Source of the DNA: Octopus bimaculoides
Taxonomy: Eukaryota
NCBI RefSeq assembly: GCF_001194135.2
Contig: NC_068990.1
Location: forward strand, 2,303,245-2,367,244
Length of the DNA: 64,000 nt
Reading direction: 5' to 3'
The position numbers were made by a program, and so were the translations under genes. The notes under the pieces are model-generated. The model was not told the origin of the DNA. It worked only from the letters and a program-made list of their open reading frames with translations, and did no database searches. This document shows positions 39,740 to 53,270 of the stretch, one piece after another. Within the stretch, counting starts at the first letter, position 1, and the number at the start of each line of letters is the position of its first letter.

Positions 39740-40182
39740 TTCAGATGAACAATTTCATACCAGTAGTGGCCTCTTCAGTTGCCAGCATCCTAAAGCGAAT
39801 ACTTGTCCGCTGATGATTCTGCTCTTGATGTTGAAACATCTATGATAACATCTGTCAAAGAATCAGAGGAGTATGTTAATCGTTTCTAAAATGCTAGTAA
39901 GGCTTTCGGTTTCGCCATCAACATTGAAAAGAACGAACACGTCCACAAGTCAAGGCGCATATCCAAGCAAATGGGTTGGTGGTGTAAAAAAAACAACAAC
40001 AACAACCAGTTCATCAATTCTTTACTAATGCCATTACTATCGTTGAGAAAAACCTGAACTACGTAAAAATTTCCACATATCTGCGGAGCAGAGTCAACTC
40101 AAGTACCACTCTTCATTATGAAACAACCAAACGTATTACCAAAGCTACAAATGGTTTCGGCAAGATTCACCATCGTCTGTTG
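39740..40182 (+). mobile_element. RTE-clade LINE RT fragment, decayed
   Basis: TSSGLF..EYLSADDSAL (ADD at 39809-39817)..YVNRF*NASKAFGFAINIEKNE..ITIVEKNLNYVKISTYLRSRV..ETTKRITKATNGFGKIHHRL. Corresponds to RTE FADDxAL, FGLTINxxKT, FTYLGS and RIxKASxAFGRL. Confidence 0.8.
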
Positions 40183-41330
40183 GAAACGAAAATTAATATC
40201 TACTAAACTGTCGTTCGTTTTACTCTCTCTACTCCCTTCTAATCACAGATAGGAAAGTAAGCTATCCCTCGATAAATCTCAAGGAATGTCTGTAATAAAT
40301 GTTACACATTTGGTGACTTCAGGAAATTCTAAATCCCAGAAAAAACCCTCAAAAAAACAAAACAAAAGGAAAATATCAAATAAAGGATTCTAACATTAAT
40401 AAAAAATCCGATAAGTAAATAAGTATTTAGAATGAAGAAATTTGAATCAAATCGTAGAAAATTGCATGTCGAAGACTGAGTGATAAGAAAAAGGCAAGCA
40501 AAAATGTTTTCTTTAATTTGCTCTTCCACCAAGAAACATCGTTACAAGCTGTAAACTATCGATGCGATATTTGTATGATCATAATATATAATGTAGTCCT
40601 ATGTGTGGTTTGTACATCAGAATTAAGTAGTTGACGATAATAACAAGAACATATTTGATGGCTTGCTCGGTCATGACTGACCTAGGGTTATATAAAGAAA
40701 ATAATACCAATGTCAGCAACACAGCAAAGGAAGAAGCTGAGATAATATCATTTGGAAATTCAATAGCACTGGAAGCCTGCCAATATAATAATTAAACGGA
40801 ATTTACAAGAAGGAAGATGAAAAGAAAATTTAAAAAAAAAATTGGAAACTTATCTCAATTTCTAAAAACGAGACAGAGTTGTTGGGTCAAGCTTAAAATA
40901 CACAGGTCAACATATTAACAGCAGCAAGTGGCATTTTCTAAGGAGAACGTAGTTTTCATGGTATATCACAAAGCTGTTACCAAGGAGAACTTGCAGAGGA
41001 TTGGACCAGACTGGAAGAGTTAATGTCTGAACATATCGACAGTCCTTAGAAACATATGCTGTATAATTTATGCAAATAACATAACTGATGATAACGACAA
41101 TGCTGTGCCACATTAATATAATTCAATCATTGACATATAAGTGTGTGTGTGTGTGTGTGTGTGTATCTGAGTCAGAATATATGTGTTTGTATGAATTAAT
41201 TATCAAAGGATTTATATATTGTTTAAGTGATGTAGATCTAAGAATAACAGATGATACGAATCCTAACATAATTCATTTTTCTTATATTACTTTTCTTTAC
41301 GCACAAATCAAGGTTCTTTTACTGGAAACT

Positions 41331-41482
41331 TAATGAGAAATTAATTCATGTCCATAAGAATTCCCATGACCCACCCATTGTTCTCAGAAATTTAATTTCT
41401 AATATTAATTAGATAGGGACTTAAACTTCACTCTTCCTGGATGAAAGCACATTACTTAGAATCTCTAAGTAAGATAATGAGC
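41331..41482 (+). repeat. Left arm of a long imperfect inverted repeat
   Basis: Reverse complement aligns with 44975-45132 (roughly 80% by eye). Confidence 0.85.
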
Positions 41483-42138
41483 CATAACGTAATATATATG
41501 TAATATGTATGATACAAATACATATATATATAATTAGCATATCAATGATTCCCTAACTAAGAAAAAGCAAGCGAAAATAACTACGTCATGAGTATGGTAT
41601 ATGCATAATGTAGGGCCGGTGTAGATAAAAGAGCAATGTCTCAGAAAGCACCAAAACAATATATCATATTTTAACGTGTATAAGGAACACTCATGGATAA
41701 GGAAGCCGCTAATTTAGGGGGCTTAACATTTGAAAATAAGGTTTAGTAAGATATTGTAATACTATCCATGTATTACTCCCATAGTTTTGTAACCTAATTT
41801 TTGACAAAAAAGGGTTCCTCATACACGTTAAAATACGGTAGTTCCTGTAGGTTAGAATAGTTATAGTATCATGTAGAATTTTGTAGTTGATGCTTAGGAG
41901 GGAAAAAGATTTGCAATAGAGTGAGTCAAAGAATCTATATATTCTTTGATAGTATAAAAGTTCATCGTTAAGCATGTGGTTCCGAAATCGTAATGGTTCC
42001 TGACATTAGTGATGAAAAAATATCAACTCGTAGCACCAGTTTTGTGTAACATTGGCACATTCAAAGGTTTATGTTATACAATGTATGAATATACATACAT
42101 ACATACATACATACATACATAAATACATATATATATAC

Positions 42139-42174
<36 letters not shown>

Positions 42175-42181
42175 ATATATA

Positions 42182-43401
42182 CAAGGTGCGTAAGATATTT
42201 GAAGACATTTATATTTATAAAAAGCATATAATAACAGATAACTTTATTTATCAAACAATGCTATGAGGATAAAATTAAACATTCTTTTTTTTGTAACGGT
42301 ATTCCATAAAGCCACCTTCGGTTTCAACAACTGCTTCTATATGAGATCTAAACCCTCTACATGCTCGAATCAAGTGGTCCTGGTTCATTTTCGTCATTAC
42401 TCTAATTATGGCAGCTTTCATAGTATCTTTGGTGTTATGGGCGTGTTCATTGACCTCTCTCTCAACAACGCACCACCTGCAATAATCCAATAGCTTGAAA
42501 TCTGGGTGATTGGGAAGCCAAACGTTAGGTGTGTGAAAAGGAAAATTTTCACCCATCCGTTCCTGTGTTACAAGAGCCATGTGTGATATTGCAGAGTCTT
42601 ACTGAAACACATATGGCTTTCCATAGCATACCCTGCACTGTCGTCTATCCAGAGCTTAACAATTATTTCCAGGACCTCAATATAAGCGGCAAAGTTAACT
42701 CTCAGGGCTTGTGGAAAGAGGTAAGGAGGAATCACATGTCTTTCATTGCTGACAACCCCTAAAACCATGACAGTTGCAGAAACATTTGTATGCATAACAC
42801 GTGGAACTTCAGAGAGGTCTGCACATAACCATCCCACGTTTCTTCTGCTAACTTTTTGATCTTGGTCGACGTTTTTCTCGTTTAAGAAGAACCAAATCAA
42901 ATATTTTCCTGTAGTTTATTTAATAGCCATTTAGATATGCTGTAGTGATTTTCTTTTGCTTTTTCGGACAAATTAATTGACCTTTCCTCATCCTATAAGA
43001 CTTATATATGATGTCTTCGTGGACATTTCTGACTTTTCCTTCTGACACATTGAGATCTTTTGCAATGGAATTTCTAAGATTGTAATCAATGGTCTGTTAA
43101 ACTTGCTGGATAAATTCAGGGATTCTGATGATTTCAAAACATTTAGAATGCTTTTTCTGCTTTGATACTAGTGATACGTTTCCATCTTCACTCTTTAGCT
43201 CCTTACAAACTTTGTAAACTCAAAACATTTTAAAGTCACTATGCTCAGCTTTTATAACCATAACAACAGCATACCTCTTCATTTCTTGAATAAGCTGAGG
43301 GTTTGCCATTATTATTTTCTGAAACAAAAATTATACAGAGTTAGAAAAAAATACAGCAATGACCCCAAAAATGTATGTCCTCAAATAATTTACGTACGCT
43401 G
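42182..43401 (-). mobile_element. Full-length maT-like (DD37D-type) Tc1/mariner element, decayed
   Basis: 26-bp TIRs (42182-42207 and 43376-43401, 20/26 matching) with TA on both flanks. Transposase remnants MANPQLIQEMKRYAVV, WFFLNEKNVDQDQKV, ATVMVLGVVSNERHVIPP, WLPNHPDFKLLDY, HLIRACRGFRSHIEAVVETEGGF. The family call is by motif resemblance; D-D spacing cannot be counted because of a frameshift and deletion. Confidence 0.88.
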
Positions 43402-43708
43402 TATAAGTATGTATGAATGTGTTATATCGCAATACTACATAGTAGCTGTGTGAGTTACAATGAACAGATCNNNNNNNNNNCAATACTACATAGTAGCTGT
43501 GTGAGTTACGAAATCCTCGTCGCAACTGTTATATCGCACGTTCGGATGACCTCAACTCAACTACTCCGACGTCTAGACTTCTTCGTATTGGGCTAGCCTA
43601 CTGCATCGTCTGGGGACGTCGACACAACAGTATGTATGTAAGTGTATATATATATATATATATATATATACTTATATATATACACATACTTATATATATA
43701 CATACATA

Positions 43709-43773
43709 CTCAACACGGAGGAGTACATCAAGTTTCTGGAGGAGGTAGTGCTGACCTGGGTCAAGAGGGTGGT
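43709..43773 (+). mobile_element. Fragment of a second maT-like transposase, cut by an N-gap
   Basis: LNTEEYIKFLEEVVLTWVKRV aligns with VNFAAYIEVLEIIVKLWID in the 42.6-kb element. Confidence 0.6.
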
Positions 43774-43821
43774 NNNNNNNNNNTATATTTTTTTAATACA
43801 TCTATATGTATATATATATGC

Positions 43822-43877
<56 letters not shown>

Positions 43878-44175
43878 GTGTGTGTGTGTGTGAATATAAA
43901 ACAAAATGGTTAGTTAAAATTTTCTCTATAATAAGCAAAAGCTACAACTATACTAAAAAGCAATGTAGGAACCAACTTTACTACTGTTTTTAACACCAGG
44001 AGGACGCTTCTACCACCTGGTTATCAATGCAATCTGCACCCGATATATATTAAAAGCAGCTGAGCATTGTGTACGTGTGTGTTTTTGCATATATGGGTAT
44101 ATATTTATGTGTGTGCGTATTCATGGATTTAGATATATATACATGCATACATGCATACATACATACATACGTACA

Positions 44176-44234
<59 letters not shown>

Positions 44235-44974
44235 AAATATATATTACGACAAAATTTTGTATCTTGGACATAATCTTCGCAAGAAAATGTTTTAACTGTT
44301 ATTTAGTTTGAAACTTTGCTCATGCTCAGATAAAATGAAATGTTTCTTGGCAGTGTAAGACTTAGAGTTTGGGTTTAGATTATATGGACTTTCTTGGAAG
44401 AAGCGCCTTGTCGTAAAATGCTCACTTGCTGTATAAATTTGATTCGACCAGATTAGATTCTTTCAAGCATAAATCCTCTTTTTGCGCGTGCCAAAAAATG
44501 TTTATTCCTGTAAGATCGAAGCTTGAAATTCTGCTCAGTCACTCTGGTATAAGTATTCAATACATAGTCGAGTTTCTACACGGTAACACAAATAAAATAA
44601 TGATTTCGAAAAGTAATTACCGTTAAGTAGCTAGTTCTGCAGGGTGATAGAGTTAAAGATTAGAAAATGTCTCTTCTCTATTGATTTTTGTTCCCTTTTT
44701 TTGTGGGGTGGGGGAAGCCTTATTCGATTGCAGTGATTAATGGAGCAAGTGAAATTGATACAGCAAGAATGGCTAATTCTGGTATTTCAATATAAATAGT
44801 TTGGCGGGTAGAGAGAAGAAATTAAATTAAGTAATTCTTCCACAATATATATTCTTAGAACTTAAACTTTAAATTGGATTATATCAAAGAATAATGCGAT
44901 GTCTATTCTGATACTTTGGGAATTGTAGGGAGTAGAATATTGAATTTAGTTTACAAAGCTGCTATTAAGTAAAG

Positions 44975-45132
44975 CCTCATTATGTTACAGTAAGATTCTA
45001 AGAAATGTGCTTTCATCCGGGAATAGTGAAGTTTGAGGCACTTTCTAATATTAGAAATTAAATTTCTCACCACAATCGGGGTGGGAGTGTGGGTCATTGG
45101 AATTCTTATGGATGAGAATTAATTTCTCATTA
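44975..45132 (-). repeat. Right arm of the long imperfect inverted repeat
   Basis: Partner of 41331-41482. Confidence 0.85.
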
Positions 45133-45614
45133 TGAATGCAATTAGCGCAACACTGATTCGTGTGCCAGGAAAAGTATTATAAGACAAATGATCTTTATTA
45201 CGATAAGTATCAGCTGTTATTCTTCTATCTACATGACTTAAACATTATATACATCATTTTAAAAGTCATTGCTTGTTGCTTCTGCAAACGTTTTACATTC
45301 AAAGCAGAATGATTTATAGACTGAGTTGCATATAATAGGGACAGTTTTTGAAAAAGTATTAGTAGTATTGGTAGATATAGATAATATTCTATTGTATTTG
45401 CTTTTGTTTGGTCCTGAAAGAGATGCTTGTATACACACACACACACACACACACGCACAAACACACATATATTTATGCATATATGTGTGTGCATATATAT
45501 ATATGTGTGTGTTCAATAAAATGAAATAAATATATGTAACAATATAATCAAAGAAACTAATGGCTGAATTGTCATATTTTAAAATCTGATATATGTGTAC
45601 ATATGTATAGGTAT

Positions 45615-45855
45615 GTGAGTGCACGGGCTTTAGTTGTTAGCGTATTGCATTCACTATTGTAGGATTGCGGTTCCGATGTCTGAACCGGGTAGTGCATTTT
45701 GTTTTTGCGCAAAACTCTTCAGTTCGCATTGTTCCAGTTCTCGTCGTTGGCAAGAATGAGTGACCCTGCGACTGACCGGCGTACTCTCCATCGGGAGAAT
45801 ATATTCACCAAAGGACCCGACCTTATGAGCCCTTCGCTCGAAAAGGACCTTTGTT
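45615..45855 (+). mobile_element. tRNA-headed SINE (family C), decayed
   Basis: GTGCACGGGCTTTAGTTGTTAGCGTATTGCATTCAC.. head; body CCCTGCGACTGACCGGCG..CCTTATGAGCC..CTCGAAAAGGA. Confidence 0.65.
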
Positions 45856-46578
45856 TCTTTTCGATGTATATGTATATATTTATGTATGTGTTACTGAACA
45901 GACTTAAGGAAAAGTGATTACATTTCATTCACGATAACAACAATAACATTAATAACTGTACGCCTTGCTTTATTGACATATTAAATAGGATTGGATGCAG
46001 ATGTTATAGCAAGACATCAAACACCTTTCGTCTGCTGAAGATGACAAACAGTGAAAACGTCTAAGGCAGAGAAAACCTATTGAAATAGTTGTGAAATTTG
46101 CTTTAGAATAAAATAAACCCGTGGGAATGTACACAAACATAGTTACATAAACTCACACATACTCTTATATATGCACAACTATTTTTATTCTAGAAGATGA
46201 CAATATCATAGGGACATAGCCAAGTCACTATTTTTGCTGACATACTTCTCACACTCTTCTCTCTTTGTTAAAAATTGATCGATGCCACGCAATTCCTAAG
46301 CGTATCCATTTAATTCTTTTATTTTTTTCTTATTAACTTTTGTTTACAAATTTCGTGATCATCCACTTGCTGTTATAGAAGGGCCTATAGAAATCTACTG
46401 ATAAACAAATTGTATAGTTGCAGAAATATAGATAAAATAATAATGGGTCACTAAGTAAACTGGTCGACATCAAAATATACTGAATCTTCTTGGTAAAATG
46501 AAATAACTTTTCTGCATACGTAGAAAATATCTCCCAGAGGATCTCTTTGAAGAGATGTACGTCTACACATACCCGCCA

Positions 46579-46776
46579 AAAGAATCAAATAATAATGGTT
46601 TCAAATTTTGCCACAAGGGTAGAAATTCCGGGGGAGGAAATGAATGGATTACATCGATCGCAGTGTTCAACTGGTACTTATTTTATAGACCCCGAAATGA
46701 CGAAAGCAAACTCGACCTCAGAACGTAGCGACGGGAGAAATACCGCAGCATTTCCCCCGGTGTGCTAACGATTCTC
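46579..46776 (-). mobile_element. SINE family A, with a short internal deletion
   Basis: ATAATGGTTTCAAATTTTGCCACAAGGG..ACTGGTACTTATTTTATAGACCCCGAAA..GCTAACGATTCT is the reverse complement of the 14068-14295 pattern. Confidence 0.82.
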
Positions 46777-47619
46777 TCATCAAATAATCACAGAGGCAAA
46801 CCAGACACATATCTGTGGGAAGCAGCTACGAAAGCAGGGTCAGGAAAAAGAAAAATGCCATTTCACTGATTCTGCCAATAGACCGTCTTTTAATGATAAT
46901 TATGGTAATTTTGACTTTTTCAATAATTTTACAAAATATAATTGATGATGATGACCTCGAAAATGTCAACGAAGATTACGACTGCTATGATAATGAAGAC
47001 GAGTATGATTATTATGAGGTACAATATTTCTAAAATTAACTATCTAAACAGTTTAAATTATATTTGGCATCCGAAATGATTTTAACAAACTATTTGAAGG
47101 ATATAATTTGAATGCAATATTTATTCTTGCAAGTTTCCTCTCATTTATCTCAATTTATTTGCTGTATGTTTTTTTCTATATTTTAATGAATTTCGCATCT
47201 GCAAACTTAATTGAACATTTCAAGTTGTCTGGAAGTTTCAGGGATAACTGAAAATTTTTGCTTTTATCGAATAGGAATATGTTTCCTTCTATTTCATAGA
47301 AACACAAAAAGTCAGACATTAAAACGTTCTGACACGCATATCATATTATTCCTACAAGAAGTAAAAGTAAAAAAATTCTCGACAGAAGTTAAATTTTTAT
47401 AAACCGATCGATTTTCTGTGCGCCAAGCCAAAATTTACTCGTAGTCGTTCTCTTGACTTGTTCTCACAAGCACACACGATTAATAAATACACGTGCAGAA
47501 GCAAGGTAAGAATATAAACATGTCTTATTAATTACACACACACAAACACACACACACACACACACANNNNNNNNNNNNNNNNNNNNNNNNNNNNNNNNNN
47601 NNNNNNNNNNNNNNNNNNN

Positions 47620-47653
<34 letters not shown>

Positions 47654-48017
47654 GCATAAAGACAGATAGACAGAAAGACAGACGTAGAGATAGAGAGACA
47701 GATAGATAGATATAAATCAAATATATTTGTAGATCGATCACGTCAAAGGTCTGCCTGAGAAATTTTCTGAAAATTGAAATTCATTGTCAATAAAGATATA
47801 ATAAAAGCTAGACATCGTGCATGTATTGAGTTTTTTCGATAGTCATAATGAAAGCACGTGCAACATTCGGGGTGTCGTCGTGGGTTTATATATGTATAGA
47901 TACATGTATGTGTGTATATATATATATGTATGTATATATGTATATATATATATACATACATATAGATAGATATATAAATATAAACATATATGTATATATG
48001 CATATATATGTGTGTGT

Positions 48018-48053
<36 letters not shown>

Positions 48054-50350
48054 GCATATCGGTTGATTTTCTGCCAGTAGATTTAGTCTAATATCTAATC
48101 AAATGACCTGACGGTGAGTTAAGATAAGCAAGAAAAACAAGAACGGCTGGTAAGAAAAAAAATCTCTTTAAATAAATGTTATCGAAGCAATTTCTAGAGA
48201 AAGTAACACACAGTAACCATATATCTTCTTATTTGCATTTTCCTGATTTGTAATATAATACAGTATTTGTGCTTTCCATTGAGACACTATATAATTTTGT
48301 ATTTGCAATGGGACACAAGCGAGCTCAACATTATACATGTGCACATACTTTCATTCTAACATTCGCACACAAGTATACGCCATTCACTCTCACATTGGAA
48401 ATAATCATTCTTGGTATCTATCTAGAAAAATGATACTTCGAAAAAGAAGTCAATACCTTCGACGTTGACAAGGTTCTGAGAACGAACAGCGAACTCATGG
48501 AAAACATTTTGAAGCTGCATACATAGCCAAACCCATCCTGTTTATCCCTGTTCATGGAGAACACAAAGTGTCTATACCTCGCTTACAGTATTTGACTGGA
48601 ACCGCAACAATCGCAGCATATAGAATCTCGGAGCAAGAGAAAAGAAAAAGTCAATGGGGGTGGGCTAGAAGATGAATCCTACGTATCATAGTCTTACAGA
48701 CTAACGGCATTCCTTTTGATTACAAGCATTTGTGCAAATTCTAACCTGCCAGATCATTCCATTTCTCGATTTCTCCTTGCTTTCTCTTGTAATTCTTCCT
48801 CTGTCCTATCATATCCCTTCGCTCCCTTAAACACATGTGGCCTAGCTACATCATCCGTTTCACTAATAATCTCAGTCTACCTCATAATCTAATAGTGACC
48901 CTGGAGTGTGTCAATGCCTCCCATTAAAACGAAAGCTTTCTTCCAGCATACAACCAAAACATCGCATGTAGGAGAGGCAACACTATATTTCCAATGCAAA
49001 TATTTCTGAGAGTGCGGGATTGGGACAAATTTTAATTATAGCCCAACCTATCAAAGAGATAAAGAAGTGCATGAAGGAAACACAATGTGATGTCTCAAAA
49101 TTGTATCATATACATTTAGTAGGCTAGTCATAGATTTTGTGTACGAAAACTACATGATTAAAAGTGTCACTTTACATTATTCCGTATGGTATAACGTGAA
49201 GAAAATTTTTCACTGATATTTCGAGCTTTCAAGAAGATTGTATGATCATGTAGAAGATCCATCGTTTTCTCAAGATAGTAAAAAGGACACTGCATGTGTT
49301 CTACAGATTATATTGGCCTCACGCCATTTAAATTGATCCATTTTCCATCCACTGGCCTTTAAATTTTCTATTCAGTCATTGAACACGTTCTAACCACATA
49401 TTACTATAATCTTTACTTCACAAACTGTTTATGTTTTCATGCAGTTGTAAAATAGCAACTCTTTGATAGAGACATTAAGCATGCCTTTCTTGTAGAGTTT
49501 GCATAATCTATGAGCGCTACTCTTTGTTCTAGACCAAAACAATAAAAATAATATACTGATGTCGTTTCCACATAGCGTGGCAGGATTTAGGGCAAAGTGA
49601 AATCAACGTAGCAGCTATGATTACTCTGCATGCGCACAATATATTACACACTGTTTCTTAATTTTTAAAGTTCGCTAAAAAATATGTATAAGCATTAATT
49701 TGAAGGCCTTTACATTCACTACAGAAACGGGATTTGTGGCGAGAAATTTTAAAGCGCACTGTACTAATGGATAGTAATCTTCATTTTCGGATTCAAAATT
49801 CTAAGGTCAATAAATTTTCGGAATCAAAGCAAGGGATCACATAAGTTTACCGTTCAGTGAATGTGGATCGAAAATGGATGAATTTGGAGATAAATTGTGA
49901 ACAACTAAATAGCTGACACGCTACACGTTAGTACAAGAGCTGCTGTGGTTTTATGAACGAACAAGAAAACATCTAGAGCATAGGAAGCAGAATAAAAATT
50001 AAATAGATTGTTTCCCAATATTCTAGAAATCATGGAGAAGAAAAAGTTCATCAAATCACTGCGCGTTTGATGAGTAAATGATTCATAATATCAATATAAA
50101 ACATACCAATACAATATTTGTTCAACACGCACACATTACGTTGTTTTTCTTCTAGATCAGGGAGATATCTGGACACTTATCAATATTCATATCCATATCT
50201 AACTGAAATGATATACTATGTTGACGAGATAATTATTGAGACTAAGTTACTGCTTGCTCTGCCGTATAATTCTAAGAATTCATATAAATATATCAATACT
50301 TTTCTTATTGTTACTTTTCATCTGCGTTACAAATGGATGATGATTTAAAA

Positions 50351-50388
50351 TTTGATATGGTACTAGTGAAAACTAGTACCATCTCAAA
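50351..50388. other. Isolated hairpin: 11-bp perfect stem, GAAA loop, extended by 5 bp after one mismatch
   Basis: TTTGA-T-ATGGTACTAGT-GAAA-ACTAGTACCAT-C-TCAAA. The structure is visible; function is unknown. Confidence 0.6.
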
Positions 50389-52363
50389 AACGAGGATTCG
50401 TCCTTTCATATGCTTGCTTTGGTGATTAACTGAGTAATGATGAATCGTTTTGTTCGTATATATTCCATGCAAATCGTTCAGTTCATACTTAATAATTCTG
50501 TTCCAAAGAATTCCGAGACGCATATTTTGGATATCAATGAAATTTTTTTAGATAACTACTGTTTATAGATATATCAGTTCTTTGATGGGAACGATTTATT
50601 CTCCTTCAAGAATTTTGAAAAAAAAAAACAAAGTTCAATTGTCCTGCTATTACAGAAAAAGCCCGCCCTCTGATTATGATGAATTATGCACATGGCCATT
50701 TCTGTTCAATCCCTGGAGATGAGGTATGAAGTAAAACTGGGTAATATTTCTAACATTCTCACGTGAACTCAAATTTGTAAGATGACTATGTTATTTTAAA
50801 TCGACCCAGTATTTTATGAACGTTCATTTTACTTCAATACTATATTTTTTGTCATCATATACTACGTTTCTGGGATTCATTTTCTTACAAGGGCTTCGGT
50901 TTTTCCTAATTAGAGGTTCTGTTGCATTAGTTTCTATCTGTCAATGATATAAAAAAAAACATTTATGATTCTCAGTTGACATAGCCTCCTACTCGTCTCT
51001 TTAAATATCTTGGTTGCATTTCAGCATATAGTTATAGCCATAAATTAACTATTGATATAATAAATCAAATCAATTTCGGATTTATTATCTGTTGTCATTA
51101 ATCAGGATGTCATTATTATTCTGCTAAAAGAGTTTCCTCTGCTCTTCATTTTGGTAATCAGATACTAGATTTGTTGCAACTTCCTGCTCTTGTATAAAAG
51201 ATTGCGACGATATAATCAATTTTCTATATCGGTAGTTATATAATTTCGATACCTTTGCTATTATTAATCATGAAATGCATGCCATCTTGTTGAGGCTAAT
51301 TCGTGGCCATTTTCTATACAGAATTGAGCTGAATTGTTTGTAATAAGATATAATTGAAAGTTTATAATAATATCATCTTTCTAAGAACACCAAATTATCT
51401 TTGGTTCGCTGTATTCAGTTATTAATTACCAAGTGAAAACTTCAAGTTGACTTTGAGACCAAGCTGAAAATTTGTAAAAATGTTCTTCAACGATTTTTAG
51501 TTGATGAAAACTGGTCAGAAAATTCTGGTGCACTTCCTTGTTTTAGCTGATATTCATTACGATAATTTAGTCACACTTTTCGCTATTTTTAAATAATGTA
51601 CATCTTCATGGATATTTATGCTGTCTATATCAAATAATTGTATTTGTGTAATTAATTTACTTACAGCAGCATCAAATTATCTATCGTAAGAAAAAGAATA
51701 TTCTTACAAATATTGTTTTTAAATAATGAGATTAATACATTTTAAAACATATCACAGGATTTTAGAAATGCTTAAGAATGAAGGTAATAAGACGTTTAAG
51801 CATAAGAGTGGGGAACTGTACCCTTCTGCATATGAATAAATGTAGTCAAATAATAGTAGGAACGTAGAGAGTTAATTCGACATTCGTATATAACCAATAT
51901 TTTGCACAAATGAAACCTAATAATATAATAAATCTACGAATTACAATAAAAAGTGACCAGATTTAAACAAAACGACAAAATATACATGGCATATATCTGC
52001 TATTATAACGAGAGAATGCACCAAAGCATAACCAGGAACTGCAACGCAAACCTCTGATTCACAAATAACAATGATGCATGAATCACAGCAAACGAGTTCG
52101 CACAGGATGATAAAATAGAAATTTCCAAGGTTCTGAGTTGAAATTATAATTTTTATCTGGATGTAGGTGAAAATTTGTTTCTCACATAAGAACTTTCAAT
52201 TTCAAATAGTGCTATCCTTGTTTCTTTAAATGGATTAGCAAAATATAATCGTATATAAACGTCTTTCGAAACAACGTCATGTGATGAACATGGATGCAAT
52301 ATAAGTGTGTCTATATACACTTATATATATATATATATATATNNNNNNNNNNTGTGTGTGTGT

Positions 52364-52403
<40 letters not shown>

Positions 52404-52604
52404 TACTCACACAGATGATACACTCGCGCACACACACAACAGAGTATACACGCATTCGTTAGCTTCATTCACACAAGTGATTGCTCAGAAACACACGCTC
52501 CCATACCCACAGGTCCACGTGCACATAATAGCTTCATACCCACATGCATGCTTGCTCACGCATTCATATATGCCAGATCACAGTCATCTCCCTTGTCACA
52601 CAAG

Positions 52605-53270
52605 ATTGTTGTCAACTTCACAGTTTTTTTCCGTCACCAGTCACAAGTCTATCCAAAAAGGTGAAATGATTTCGCGAGAATGGAGAGAAGTGTAGATGTC
52701 AAGTAGGGATTTGCGGCTGCTTTCGGACAATTCATGCGGCACCCATTTTCCAAGTTTAGGAACTTTTTAAAGTTGTTGAAGATGACGATGAACAGTTGTA
52801 TAGCTTGAACTAAGATTTATTGCCAATTCTCCAACTGATTCTGCAGGATTTTCTTCAAGTAATGCCTCAAGGAGCTTATCATCAAACTCAACTGGACGTC
52901 CTGTTTGATTTTCATCTTCAAGGCTGAAATGTCCACTTCTGAATTTTGCAAACAATCTTCTGCAACTTCTCTCATTCAAGCATTCTCTCCCATAAACTGA
53001 GTGCATGTTTCGAGTTGCTTTGGCTGCAGAGTTTCCTATTTTGTACTCATAAAACATTATGTGCCTCAAATACTCTTTGGATATTTCCATGTTAGAAAGG
53101 GTTTTAATGAGAGAAATTTTAATTCTATTATTCTGTGAAATAATACTTAATTATTTTAAATGTACACAAATGCATAAAAATAACTTTTAATTCCATTAGA
53201 CATTCTAAAATACTATTAAATTTCATAAAATTTAAAAAATGGTAAAATCGGACAGAATTTATGGGATAAA

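Noticed and set aside
40233-40242. Possible 8-nt micro-exon (CACAG|ATAGGAAA|GTAAGC)
   Set aside because: Splice-like motifs alone are insufficient, and the length is not a multiple of three.
43430-43509. Exact 29-bp direct repeat CAATACTACATAGTAGCTGTGTGAGTTAC
   Set aside because: The copies sit on either side of a 10-N gap, so this is most likely an unmerged contig overlap.
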